64,000 bases of DNA, taken from the NCBI GenBank assembly GCA_965219685.1, contig CBDCOH010000002.1, positions 2,880,001-2,944,000 on the forward strand, in the 5' to 3' direction. The first letter of the stretch is position 1. Each line of letters begins with the position of its first letter. Origin of the DNA: Candidatus Spongiisociaceae bacterium (GTDB lineage: Bacteria; Actinomycetota; Acidimicrobiia; Spongiisociales; Spongiisociaceae). Of this stretch, positions 27,761-37,203 are shown piece by piece. The notes under the pieces are model-generated. The model made no database searches, was not told the DNA's origin, and worked only from the letters and a program-made list of their open reading frames with translations. The translations under genes were made by a program, and so were the position numbers.

Positions 27761-27856
27761 ACCTCGGTTCGAAGCTCGCATCAGCCGCGATCCTGGAGTC
27801 GCCTCGCGTGGATGAGGTGTCCTCACTCTCCTTCATCGCATGGAAACACCAGCAAG

Positions 27857-28525
27857 CTACGGGCGTTGACCGAGTATCCCCACTGTTCTGCTCCGGGAGA
27901 CGATCCAATTCTTGGTGTCCGGACACATCCATCCGGCGACCTCGACCAGAGCTTCGAAGTCGCCGACTAGATTGCGCCTGTGAATGGGTTCGTGGTGGGC
28001 GATCCGGTTCCGCAACTTATGTAGCCGTGTCATCCGGTCGTAGACGTCGGCGCGCACCGCTCGGGCATTCGGCGCGCCCGGGTGTTGGAGGAAACGCGGA
28101 GGCGAGTGCGGGTACCCAGAGTGATGTCAGGTAGCTTGTCGAGCACAAAACCTCCAGAACCCAAAGTTGAACTCAGCTATCACCTTGCCCCGGCGTTCTG
28201 GCCCACCCGCCCTATTGGCATGATCTCTGGCCTTGGCGATGTCCTCGCATCCCTTCTTCGTGAACAGTCGACAGTCCTGATACCACTCTGTCCGCCATCC
28301 CATCCGCCGGCAGTAGTCGACGAGAGCCGCATCGACGCTGTTACGGAATACGACTTCGAAACGTGCGATGTCTTCGAGCAACGCACCGCTGATTAGCACG
28401 TTCCAGTCGTAGAGTCGGACTGCGGCCTTCTTATGGTGCCCGGTCGCGTCAAGATACGATCCGAGTCGCTCCTTGGTGAGCCGGACGATGATTACGTTGT
28501 GATTGAAGGGTTGGCGCTGTCTCAA
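27857..28525 (-). pseudogene. Abi-like (Abi_2/AbiD-AbiF-related HEPN) protein with two opposing frameshifts
   Basis: RL.SYL, LY.WN, EV..RN, IAE..FGFW, LRNRIAHHEP (RxxxxH); 1-nt loss in the A4 run 28147-28150, 1-nt gain near 28087, in-frame TGA at 28127-28129. Confidence 0.8.
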
Positions 28526-28539
28526 GAGACTGCTATAGT
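28511..28539 (+). promoter_or_regulatory. sigma70-type promoter TTGGCG-N17-TATAGT, divergent from the Abi gene
   Basis: exact 17-nt spacing; points at the hairpin at 28551-28588. Confidence 0.55.
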
Positions 28540-28550
28540 GGCCTTTGAAG

Positions 28551-28588
28551 ACCCCGGAACCGTCCCTGCTTCGGTAAACGGCCGGGGT
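28551..28588 (+). ncRNA. candidate small hairpin RNA associated with the Abi gene
   Basis: ACCCCGG/CCGGGGT outer stem, CCGT/ACGG inner stem, C(UUCG)G tetraloop at 28569-28574. Confidence 0.45.
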
Positions 28589-28743
28589 TACAGCTTCCCG
28601 AACGTAAGCGAACCTACGGGGTGCCCTCCAAGGCCGGACCCACGGGAGCGTCGGGCGCGCCCCTCCCTCCATGAGACCGACCAGCGCGCTGACCCGACGT
28701 CGCGTATGTCGTGGTAGATGGCTGCAACCATGTGATCGCGACC

Positions 28744-29060
28744 GCGGCCATGACTCACCTGAACCTGGTCCTCGTACATCTGTTCAGCGACGGCAACCGA
28801 CGCGTGGCCCGCTGCCTCCATCACTGGTGGTGGGCTCCGAAGGACTCCTGTCGCCGGTGTTCCTGAGCATCGAGGAATACCTAGGCCGAAATATACCCGC
28901 TTACGACGCGGCACTACAAGATATCGCTCGAGGCGAATGGTCACCAGGTCGCAGTGCCCGTCCTTGGATCGAGTTCTGCATCACTGCCCACTACCGCCAG
29001 GCCATGACCCTCCGCCATCGGATACGAGAAGTGGAGGCCATCTGGGATCGCTGCGAACAA
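28744..29060 (+). pseudogene. Fic-family protein internal fragment
   Basis: AAMTHLNLVLVHLFSDGNRRVARCL (degenerate HPFxDGNGR), frameshift near 28820, then SIEEYLGRN...PWIEFC.TAHYRQA; no N- or C-terminus. Confidence 0.75.
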
Positions 29061-29067
29061 ATGTTCG
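29054..29067. promoter_or_regulatory. LexA (SOS) box CGAAC-N4-GTTCG
   Basis: CGAACAAATGTTCG matches the Gram-positive/actinobacterial consensus. Confidence 0.6.
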
Positions 29068-29081
29068 TGTTCCATGATGTA

Positions 29082-29103
29082 GCTATATCAACGGTCTGTG
29101 ACA
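29082..29103 (-). promoter_or_regulatory. RecA-NDp-like promoter (orphaned)
   Basis: minus strand TGTCAC-AGACCGTTGA-TATAGC, ATG at 29075 in leaderless position, SOS box in the first codons. Confidence 0.5.
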
Positions 29104-29230
29104 GCGGTCAACCCCTGCAACCGTCATCCATAATTCAGAACGGCTACAGATCGCCTAGGAGGATCCCAACACGGTGGGGAGCAACGGCCCGTCCCCTCCG
29201 GGTCCAGAAGCGAGATCGATCCGGTACCGC

Positions 29231-29794
29231 CTAGCGGAAGTTCTCGTGGATTCGGGAGGCGGTGGGTCCCCGCTGGCCTTGATACTTCGAGCGGGCGGTC
29301 AGCGACCCGTAGGGGTGCTCGGCCGGACTGGACAGCTGGTAGAAGCTGACCTGGCCGATCAGCATGCCGGGGTAGATGGCTATGGGGAGATTGGCGACGT
29401 TGGCCAACTCGAGGGTCAGGTAGCCGTCGAAACCCGGATCCACAAACCCTGCCGTCGAGTGAATGAGGAGGCCGATCCTCCCGAGGCTGGACTTGCCCTC
29501 GAGGCGGGCCACGATGTCGTCCGACAGGCGTATCCGCTCGTGGGTGGAACCGAGCACGAACTCGCCCGGATGCAGGATGAACCTCCCGTCCGGCTCCACC
29601 GCCATCTCCTTGGTCAGGTCGGGCTGGTAGGTCTTCGGGTCGATGAACGGGTAGAGATGGTTCTCGAACACGCGGAAGACACGGTCGACGCGCAGGTCCA
29701 CCGAAGAGGGCTGCACATGGTCTGCAACGTAGGGATCGATCCCTATCCGGCCCGACTCGACGGCCGCCTTGATGTCCCGGTCCGAAAGTATCAC
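29231..29794 (-). CDS. dcd: dCTP deaminase
   Basis: [45 protein letters not shown]. Confidence 0.96.
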   Translation of the reverse strand: MILSDRDIKAAVESGRIGIDPYVADHVQPSSVDLRVDRVFRVFENHLYPFIDPKTYQPDLTKEMAVEPDGRFILHPGEFVLGSTHERIRLSDDIVARLEGKSSLGRIGLLIHSTAGFVDPGFDGYLTLELANVANLPIAIYPGMLIGQVSFYQLSSPAEHPYGSLTARSKYQGQRGPTASRIHENFR

Positions 29795-29964
29795 CTACCC
29801 GCTCCCTCTTTCGGCAAGCACGCGCGGGTCCGCATGTCAGGCGGGAAGTCGGGCGAGTGCGCGCCAAGCGCAGTATAAGTGCCCTCCACCATCGGAAGGG
29901 ATAGCCCGCCGGCACATGGGCGGTAGGCGTTGACTAAGTCGGCGCACTATGGAAGGGTTCGATA

Positions 29965-30294
29965 GTGGTGACGACAGAGCACACCGAGACCACAGCGGAG
30001 TTCGAGGCCCGACTGATGAAGCAGGCGGAGGCTGCGGAGGCCGGAGCGTACGACGACGTGCTGGCGGAGCAACTCCTCTACCTGCTGAGCCAACTGCCGG
30101 ACGGCTACATCCTGGACGAAACGAGCCGCATCGTTCGCCTGGATCCCGACCTGCCGGACCATATCTACGTGACCTCGATGATCAACGGCGTGCCCTCCGG
30201 TCGGGTCAGAGTGCCTGCGTTCCGGGTTGACGAGCCCATAGACAGCCAGGGTGAACGGCCCGTAGCCCCGTCGTCGGTCGAGCGGAGCGGGTGA
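29965..30294 (+). CDS. hypothetical protein
   Basis: 109-aa ORF with genome-like codon usage; stop overlaps the tRNA 3' end; no family recognised. Confidence 0.5.
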   Translation: MVTTEHTETTAEFEARLMKQAEAAEAGAYDDVLAEQLLYLLSQLPDGYILDETSRIVRLDPDLPDHIYVTSMINGVPSGRVRVPAFRVDEPIDSQGERPVAPSSVERSG

Positions 30295-30356
30295 GGGGAA
30301 TCGAACCCCCGTTCTCAGCTTGGGAAGCTGATGTTCTACCACTGAACTACACCCGC
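30286..30356 (-). tRNA. tRNA-Gly (CCC)
   Basis: GCGGGTG/CACCCGC acceptor stem, TCAGC-TT-CCC-AA-GCTGA anticodon arm, GGTTCGATTCC T-arm; followed by CCG, so no encoded CCA. Confidence 0.96.
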
Positions 30357-30430
30357 CGACGAGCCACGATGCTAGCCGGGGACGTGGGGCCGTGCACCTC
30401 GCCGGGTACACACCATCGCTGCTTACCCGG

Positions 30431-30646
30431 TCAGCCGATGAGGCCCGAGACACCCCAGACACCGATGACGATGCCGACGATCAGGAGGAAGCGCGCCCTA
30501 CCGGGCCGGTACACGCCCGCAAAACCCTTCGGTCCTTCGCCCCGGGAGTGCTTCCACATGGCGAATCCGTTGCCGGCAACCATGGCGAGGCCGATGGCCG
30601 CCATCATCTGGGCCAGCAGCGTGTCCAATCCGAGGATGTCAGCCAT
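30431..30646 (-). CDS. small two-TM membrane protein
   Basis: two hydrophobic helices flanking a basic loop. Confidence 0.65.
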   Translation of the reverse strand: MADILGLDTLLAQMMAAIGLAMVAGNGFAMWKHSRGEGPKGFAGVYRPGRARFLLIVGIVIGVWGVSGLIG

Positions 30647-30708
30647 ACCCGGCGTACGGTAGCCGCCGGCGGCGCACCGAACCGTCGCGATCCTCGTACA
30701 CTGCGGCC

Positions 30709-31617
30709 ATGGCTTCGCAAGGATCCCGCCTCGCCGTCATCGCGGCACTGGTCGCCAACTCCTGCATCGCCGTCGCCAAGTTCGCGGCCGCAGCCGTAAC
30801 CGGCTCGGCCGCCATGCTCGCCGAGGGCATCCACTCCGTCGCCGACTCCAGCAACCAGGGGATGTTGCTGTGGGGCATGGCGGTCTCCAAGCGGCATGGT
30901 GGCTCCGTCCACCCGTTCGGACGGGGCAAGGAGGTCTACTTCTGGAGTTTCATGGTGGCGGTGATGCTGTTCGTGGGCGGCGCGGTGTTCTCCATCCAGC
31001 ACGGCATCAACGCACTGCGCCATCCCCACGAGGTCGAGAACTTCGTCATCTCGGTGAGCGTTCTGGCAGGGGCCCTGGTCTTCGAACTCTTCCCGTTCGT
31101 GATCGCCATCAAGGAGTTCAACCGGGCGCGCGGCACTCGCTCTGTCTGGCGCTCGGTCCGGGAGACCAAGGACGCGGCCCTGCTCGTCGTCCTCTTCGAG
31201 GACAGTGCCGCGGTGTCAGGCCTGGTGGCGGCGCTAGCCGGGGTGATCGCCTCGGAGGTGACCGGAGATCCGACCTGGGACGCACTGGCTTCGATCCTGA
31301 TCGGCGTCCTGCTGGCCGTGGTGGCCTTCTTCCTCGCGTTCGAGACGAAAGGGCTCCTCATAGGCGAGGCGGCCGGGCGCAGGGACCGCGCCACGATACG
31401 TGCCAGGGTCCTCGCTCACCACAACGTCGAACAGGTAGGCCGGTTGCTTACGATGCATATGGGACCTGAGGAGATCCTTGTGAACCTGGATGTCGAACTG
31501 GTCAACGGCCTGTCGGGGCAGGAAGTTCACCAGACCATCGAAGACGTCGAGGAGGCTGTCCGCTCCGCGATCCCGGCTGCGAAGAACATCTTCGTCGAGG
31601 CGAAAGCCGGCGAATGA
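30709..31617 (+). CDS. cation diffusion facilitator family transporter
   Basis: AEGIHS.ADS, HPFG.GKE.YFW, FEDSAA, WDALASI.IG. Confidence 0.92.
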   Translation: MASQGSRLAVIAALVANSCIAVAKFAAAAVTGSAAMLAEGIHSVADSSNQGMLLWGMAVSKRHGGSVHPFGRGKEVYFWSFMVAVMLFVGGAVFSIQHGINALRHPHEVENFVISVSVLAGALVFELFPFVIAIKEFNRARGTRSVWRSVRETKDAALLVVLFEDSAAVSGLVAALAGVIASEVTGDPTWDALASILIGVLLAVVAFFLAFETKGLLIGEAAGRRDRATIRARVLAHHNVEQVGRLLTMHMGPEEILVNLDVELVNGLSGQEVHQTIEDVEEAVRSAIPAAKNIFVEAKAGE

Positions 31618-32459
31618 AGGAGGCTTCGGCACCGGCATCGTCCGCCAACCTCGGTCCGGGCTTCGACACTCTCGCTCTCGCGCTCGACCTGCGATGCGAG
31701 GTCCGGGCGGAGGTGGCCAGAACCTGGTCGATCCGGCACGTCGGCCCCGAGTCCTATCACGGCAGCGCCGGCGACGACGCCATACTTGCCGCTGCCCGCA
31801 GGGTGAGCCGGCGGCCGCTCCGGATCGAGGTCGCCAACCAGATACCCCTCTGCCGCGGCCTGGGATCCAGCGCGGCCGCATACGCCTCGGGGACGCTGGC
31901 CGCCCATCGGGCCAACGGGGAAGACCCCGGCCACCGCGAACTCTTCCGGTGCGTGCAGGAACTGGAAGGTCACCCCGACAACGCCGCCGCGGCCGTCTAC
32001 GGAGGGCTGGTCGCCGTGGTCGACGGATCGGTGATACATCCGACCCTGTCGCCCGACCTGATTCCCATCGTCGCCGTCCCCGGCTTCGAGCTCAGGACCA
32101 GTGACTCCAGGAAGATGATTCCCCGTTCGGTGGAGGTCGAGACCGCCGTCCGTACCATCGGTCGGGTGGCGGCCCTGCTGGAGGGACTACGGACCGGATC
32201 CGGTCGGATGCTGGACCTGGCCGCGGGCGACGAACTCCACGAGGCCCCCCGAACAGCCTGCAACTCTCACGCCGGACGGCTTATGGCAGCGGCACGGGAG
32301 TCCGGAGCGCTTCACGCCTGCCTGTCGGGAGCGGGCCCTTCGATCCTCTGCCTGGCGCGCCGATCCGCGAGGGGTGAGGTGGTTCTCGCCCTCGAGCAGG
32401 CAATCGGCATGGGGGGGAGGGTGATGATCCTGGAACCGGACACCTCCGGCGCCCGGTAG
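31614..32459 (+). CDS. thrB: homoserine kinase
   Basis: PASSANLGPGFD, IPL.RGLGSSAA, EGHPDN, LSGAGP. Confidence 0.94.
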   Translation: MKEASAPASSANLGPGFDTLALALDLRCEVRAEVARTWSIRHVGPESYHGSAGDDAILAAARRVSRRPLRIEVANQIPLCRGLGSSAAAYASGTLAAHRANGEDPGHRELFRCVQELEGHPDNAAAAVYGGLVAVVDGSVIHPTLSPDLIPIVAVPGFELRTSDSRKMIPRSVEVETAVRTIGRVAALLEGLRTGSGRMLDLAAGDELHEAPRTACNSHAGRLMAAARESGALHACLSGAGPSILCLARRSARGEVVLALEQAIGMGGRVMILEPDTSGAR

Positions 32460-32467
32460 AAGGACCG

Positions 32468-32560
32468 CTAGTTCTTCTTCTTGTGGCGATTCGCCTTGAT
32501 CCGCTTGCGGTACTTGTGCTTGCTCATTTTCTTGCGGCGTTTCTTGACCAGCGAGCCCAT
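32468..32560 (-). CDS. 30-aa ribosomal protein bS22 (AURKAIP1/COX24-like), below the ORF-track cutoff
   Basis: MGSLVKKRRKKMSKHKYRKRIKANRHKKKN with AAGGAAG RBS. Confidence 0.9.
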   Translation of the reverse strand: MGSLVKKRRKKMSKHKYRKRIKANRHKKKN

Positions 32561-32630
32561 TAACTTCCTTGCGCGGCGGGATACCCCGATTGTGGCGGGC
32601 CCGGCCAAAGGTCGCAAGCGCGGGCGGGCA

Positions 32631-32756
32631 TGGTGAGTGGTGAATGGTGAATGGTGAATGGTGAATGGTGGAGCTCTGACCCATCACTACTCACCACTCA
32701 CTACTCACCACTCACTACTCACCACTCACTACTCACCATTCACTACTCACTACTTA
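32631..32756. repeat. facing inverted heptamer arrays: (TGGTGAA)-type x6, 7-nt spacer, then (CTACTCA-CCACTCA)-type x11 units
   Basis: read directly; 7-nt phase is kept across the junction. Confidence 0.95.
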
Positions 32757-33602
32757 CGACTTGGGATTGCGGAGGAAACGCTCGATGTCTTCCACCAGGC
32801 GGCGGCCGTCTCCTTGGGATATCGCCCGGCTCTCGCTGTCCTGCTCGAGTCGCTTCACATACTCGACCAGATCGCCGGAATCGGCCACCGCCGATCGAAC
32901 CTGGGCCTCGTAACCGGCGACCTCGACGTTGAGTGCCTCGACATCGAACCGCCAACCGATCACATCGCCGAGAGCGAAGAGCAGGGCCCGCGTACCGGTA
33001 GGGCTCGGGTTGCCGGCCAGATAGTGCGGCAGGCCCGCCCAGAGTCCGATCGCTTCCATCCCCTCGACCGCCATGGTGTTGGTTATGACGCCGGTGATTC
33101 CCGTGGGTCCCTCGTATGTGGACGCGTGGATTCCCATCCGCAGGGCGAAGTCGGGGTCGTCGGAACTGCCGAAGATCGGAACCGGGAGCGTGTGGGCTAT
33201 CTGCCCCACGAAAGCCCCCAGCGCCACTGCGCGCCCGACCTCCAGCCGGCGCAGCACCGAAATCACATCGGCACAGAACGCTCGCCAGTGGTGGTGCGGC
33301 TCCTCGCCGACTACGAGGACCAGGTCATGTACGTGTTCCGGAAGGGTGAGACCGAAGAATCCCGTAGCGGGCCAGTGGATCTGCCTCACGGTCCGGTCGA
33401 TGGACACTAGAGGCCGCGTGACCTGGTAGTTGACGTAGGACTCCAGGTCGAGCTTGGCGATCGACGTCTCGTCGTAGTGCTCCATCAGGTAGTAGAGCGC
33501 CCTCGATGCTGCGTCGGCCGCGTCGTTCCAACCTTCGAAAGCGAGAACCGCAACCGGATCCCGCAACGTCGGTTCTTCGAACCACTCGATCTCGGTCACC
33601 AT
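32754..33602 (-). CDS. PAC2-family proteasome assembly chaperone
   Basis: AFEGWNDAADAAS, GEEP...W, YEGPTGI, PHY...PSP. Confidence 0.88.
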   Translation of the reverse strand: MVTEIEWFEEPTLRDPVAVLAFEGWNDAADAASRALYYLMEHYDETSIAKLDLESYVNYQVTRPLVSIDRTVRQIHWPATGFFGLTLPEHVHDLVLVVGEEPHHHWRAFCADVISVLRRLEVGRAVALGAFVGQIAHTLPVPIFGSSDDPDFALRMGIHASTYEGPTGITGVITNTMAVEGMEAIGLWAGLPHYLAGNPSPTGTRALLFALGDVIGWRFDVEALNVEVAGYEAQVRSAVADSGDLVEYVKRLEQDSESRAISQGDGRRLVEDIERFLRNPKS

Positions 33603-33738
33603 GCGGGGGAGAGTAGCCGGATGGCGCCCGGGGGACTAGGGACCCCCGTGGTCCCTTTGGGCAGGCGGTGTGATACGGCGTCGACGCCTGGCCCAGAGCA
33701 CCCCGCCGGTCCACAGGCAGCTAACCACGGCTTACCAA

Positions 33739-35934
33739 CTACCGGACAGCCTGCTCGGGGACCCACCTGCGGATGCGGAGGCTGTTGGCGACCACCGACA
33801 CGCTCGATAGGGCCATCGCCGCCGAAGCAACCATGGGATCCAGCAGGCCGGCGACGGCCAGGGGAATGGCCGCCACGTTATAGGCGAACGCCCACCAGAG
33901 GTTCTGGCGTATCCCCCTCAGCGTCCTGCGGGCGAGATCGATGGCCGTGACCGCGAGGACAGGATTGCCGGACATGAGCGTCACGTCGGCGGTCTCGATC
34001 GCCAGGTCGCTCCCGGTACCGGTACCCATCCCGACGGAGGCGGCCGCAAGCGCGGGGGCATCGTTCACCCCGTCACCGACGAAGGCGGCGGGAGTCCCAT
34101 CCCCCTGCCACGAGTCGATGACGGCCGCCTTGCCCTGCGGGAGCAATCGGGCGTGTATCTCGGTTATGCCGAGTTCCTCACCCACCGCCCTGGCGGAAAC
34201 CTCATGGTCGCCGGTGAGCATGGTGGTCGGAAGGTCGCGCCGTTGAAGGGCCGCTACCGCTTCCGCCGCGGTGGGTCGGACGGTGTCGGTGACGGCCAGC
34301 ACCCCCCTCACCTCGCCTCCCCAAGCGCCCGCGAAGGCGGTGGAACCTCGAGCATGGGCTGCAGCGAGTTCCCGTTCCCACCTCGGAGCGAGGGTGATCC
34401 CACGCTCCGCCATGAGTTCCGGGGTGCCTACCGTCACCTGCACGCCCTCCACGGTTCCCTGGGCGCCCGACCCGGGAAACACGACTATGCCGGTCGCCGT
34501 GGCGGGGGTGACCCCACGTTCACGGGCTCCACGTTCGACTGCCTCTCCGAGGGGATGACCGGTTCCCCCCTCAACCCCGGCCACGCGGGCCAGGAACCCC
34601 GGCTCCGCCGTTTCCACGTGCGTGAGCGCCATCCGGCCGCTCGTCAAAGTACCGGTCTTGTCGAAGGCCACCCGCCGGACCTTCTCCATGCGTTCGAAGA
34701 CCTCCGCCGAGCGGAACACCACCCCGAGTTCGGCACCACGTCCGGCTCCCACCGCGATCGCAGTCGGCGTTGCCAGCCCCAACGCACATGGGCAGGCGAT
34801 GATCAGCACCGCCACTGCACTGCGGAGCGCGGCGGTGATGTCTCCGGTGGCGATCAACCACCCGACCAGCGTCCCGGTCGCCACCAACACCACCGCTGGT
34901 ACGAAGATCCCCGAGACGCGGTCGGCCAGCCGCTGTATCGGCGCCTTCGAGGCTCTTGCTGCCTCCACGATGCGGACCACCTCGGCGAGCACGGTGTCCT
35001 CTCCGATGTGAGTCACCTCGACCACCAGCCGACCGGTCTGGTTGACGGTGCCTCCGACCACGCGATCCCCGGGACCGCGTGCAACCGGGACGGGTTCCCC
35101 GGTGAGCATGGACTCGTCGACCTCGCCCGTACCTTCCACGACCGTGCCGTCCACCGGTATCCGGCCACCGGGAACCACCTCGACGCGGTCGCCGACGGAT
35201 ACCTCCTCGGTCGGCACGGTCACCCACCGGCCGTCGCGAAGTACCCGAGCCTCCCGGCCTCCGAGTTCGAGAAGCCGGGAAACCGCCCGCGAGGCCCTTC
35301 CCTTTGCCCGGGCCTCCAGGTAGCGGCCCAGCAGCACGAACATGATGATGGCGGCGGCGGTCTCGAAGAAGAGGGGTTCGCCGGCCTCCAGTGCCCATAG
35401 CGAGTAGAGCCATGCAGCGAGTGTTCCCACGCTGATCAGCGTGTCCATGCTCGCCCCTCCGTGCTTCAGCCGTTTCCAGGCCACCTGGTGGAAACCCCGC
35501 CCGGCCCACACCACCACGCCGGTGGACAGGGCCGCCTGCACCAGGCCACTCCACTCGGAGGCGGGGCCCGCCATGCCGAGAACGACGGTCGGAACGGCCA
35601 GTACCGCCGCCACCAGGAAGCGTCGCAAACCTGCCCGGCGCTCCTCCGCGTCGCCGGCCTCGATATCCCGGGGCGCCGAACCGGGACGGATGGGGCTCAT
35701 CCCGTAGCCGATCTCCCCTACCGCTTCCGTTATGTGCTCCTCGGAGACTCCTGGCGCAAGCGTGAGACGGGCCTGGTTGCTTGCGAGGTCCACCACGGCC
35801 CCGCTCACACCGTCCTGGTCGCCCAGTACCTGCTCGATCCTCGCAACACAGGATCCGCAGGTCATCCCGGTGACCTTGAAAACGACGTCACGGGTCTCGC
35901 TGTCTCCGAGATACGGAGTGGTCATGGTTGCCAT
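33739..35934 (-). CDS. copA: Cu(+)-type heavy metal translocating P1B ATPase
   Basis: GMTCGSC HMA domain, [37 protein letters not shown]. Confidence 0.92.
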   Translation of the reverse strand: MATMTTPYLGDSETRDVVFKVTGMTCGSCVARIEQVLGDQDGVSGAVVDLASNQARLTLAPGVSEEHITEAVGEIGYGMSPIRPGSAPRDIEAGDAEERRAGLRRFLVAAVLAVPTVVLGMAGPASEWSGLVQAALSTGVVVWAGRGFHQVAWKRLKHGGASMDTLISVGTLAAWLYSLWALEAGEPLFFETAAAIIMFVLLGRYLEARAKGRASRAVSRLLELGGREARVLRDGRWVTVPTEEVSVGDRVEVVPGGRIPVDGTVVEGTGEVDESMLTGEPVPVARGPGDRVVGGTVNQTGRLVVEVTHIGEDTVLAEVVRIVEAARASKAPIQRLADRVSGIFVPAVVLVATGTLVGWLIATGDITAALRSAVAVLIIACPCALGLATPTAIAVGAGRGAELGVVFRSAEVFERMEKVRRVAFDKTGTLTSGRMALTHVETAEPGFLARVAGVEGGTGHPLGEAVERGARERGVTPATATGIVVFPGSGAQGTVEGVQVTVGTPELMAERGITLAPRWERELAAAHARGSTAFAGAWGGEVRGVLAVTDTVRPTAAEAVAALQRRDLPTTMLTGDHEVSARAVGEELGITEIHARLLPQGKAAVIDSWQGDGTPAAFVGDGVNDAPALAAASVGMGTGTGSDLAIETADVTLMSGNPVLAVTAIDLARRTLRGIRQNLWWAFAYNVAAIPLAVAGLLDPMVASAAMALSSVSVVANSLRIRRWVPEQAVR

Positions 35935-36219
35935 CAAGAACCTCCTGGCGCGCCGCCCGAACCGGGTATCTCCATCGGCCCCTCCAGGTCTTCCGGTCCT
36001 ACCGGTACCCCGGTTCCAGCGGGTTGAGCCTCTCGTCGGGGTTCGTCCCCGGGCGTCTAACTGTACTTCTGTCGACGACGTCCACCTTGGGTAACAGAGC
36101 CAAGGGCGAAAGCAATCCCCCACCCGGATACTCCGACGGATCTGCGGCCATGGTGGGAGTCCTGGCGATGATACCGGACCGCGCGAGCCGGCGGTACCGA
36201 TCCGGCCACTCGTGACGGG

Positions 36220-37203
36220 CTACAGGGACTCGGGGAAGTGACAGGCCACCGGATGGCCCGCGTCCCGGACCACGAGCGCCGGGGCCTCGGCGGCACAAAC
36301 CGGCTGCGCCTTCCAGCAGCGGGTGCGGAAGCTACATCCGGACGGCGCCCTCTCCGGACTCGGTACGTCCCCGGTGAGGACGATCCGCCGTCGTGCTCTC
36401 TCCATGATCGGATCCGGCTCCGGCACGGCCGACAGGAGGGCCTGCGTGTAGGGATGGCAGGGACTCCCGTAGACCTCGTCCCGGCTTCCCGTCTCGACGA
36501 TCTTGCCCAGGTACATGACAGAGACGACGTGCGCGATGTGCCGCACCACCGCCAGGTCGTGGGCGATGAACAGGTATGCCACTCCAAGCCGGTCCTGGAT
36601 GTCTTGGAGCAGGTTGACGATCTGTGCCTGGATCGACACGTCGAGCGCCGAAACGGGTTCGTCCGCAACGACCAGCGCCGGCTCCAGCGCCAGGGCCCTG
36701 GCAATCCCTATCCGTTGCCGCTGGCCACCGGAGAACTCGTGCGGGTAGAGGTCCAGGTGCTCACCACCGAGCCCCACCGTCCCGAGCAGCGCCTGAGCCC
36801 GGCGCGACCGTTCCGCCCGGTCGTACATGCCGTGGACCCGCCAGGGCTCGGTCAGGATCGAGCTGACTCTCTTGCGGGGATTCAGGGCGGCGTACGGATC
36901 CTGGAACACGATCTGCATGTCCCGTCGCAGCATCCGCAGGGCCTTGCGTCCTGAACGATGTACATCGACCCCACGGAAAAGGACACTCCCGCTCGTCGGC
37001 GCGAGGAGCCGGAGGATCAGCCGTCCCGTGGTGGACGTGCCACAGCCCGATTCACCGACCAAGCCGTGCGTCTCGCCCACATTCACCGCCAGGTTCACTC
37101 CGTCTACGGCCTTCACCGAGCCGACGCGCCGCCGGAGGACCGCACCCTTGGTCAGAGGAAAGTGCTTGGCCAGATCGCGGGTGAGGAGCAACGGTTCAGC
37201 CAT
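36220..37203 (-). CDS. oligopeptide/dipeptide ABC transporter ATP-binding protein (OppF-like)
   Basis: FQDPY, FSGGQRQR, DEPVSALD, HPYT; Walker A reads GESGCGTST (Lys replaced). Confidence 0.9.
   Translation of the reverse strand: MAEPLLLTRDLAKHFPLTKGAVLRRRVGSVKAVDGVNLAVNVGETHGLVGESGCGTSTTGRLILRLLAPTSGSVLFRGVDVHRSGRKALRMLRRDMQIVFQDPYAALNPRKRVSSILTEPWRVHGMYDRAERSRRAQALLGTVGLGGEHLDLYPHEFSGGQRQRIGIARALALEPALVVADEPVSALDVSIQAQIVNLLQDIQDRLGVAYLFIAHDLAVVRHIAHVVSVMYLGKIVETGSRDEVYGSPCHPYTQALLSAVPEPDPIMERARRRIVLTGDVPSPERAPSGCSFRTRCWKAQPVCAAEAPALVVRDAGHPVACHFPESL

Noticed and set aside
27800-30356. Integrative island anchored at tRNA-Gly
   Set aside because: No integrase and no duplicated tRNA 3' end found; housekeeping dcd lies between the tRNA and the Abi/Fic debris
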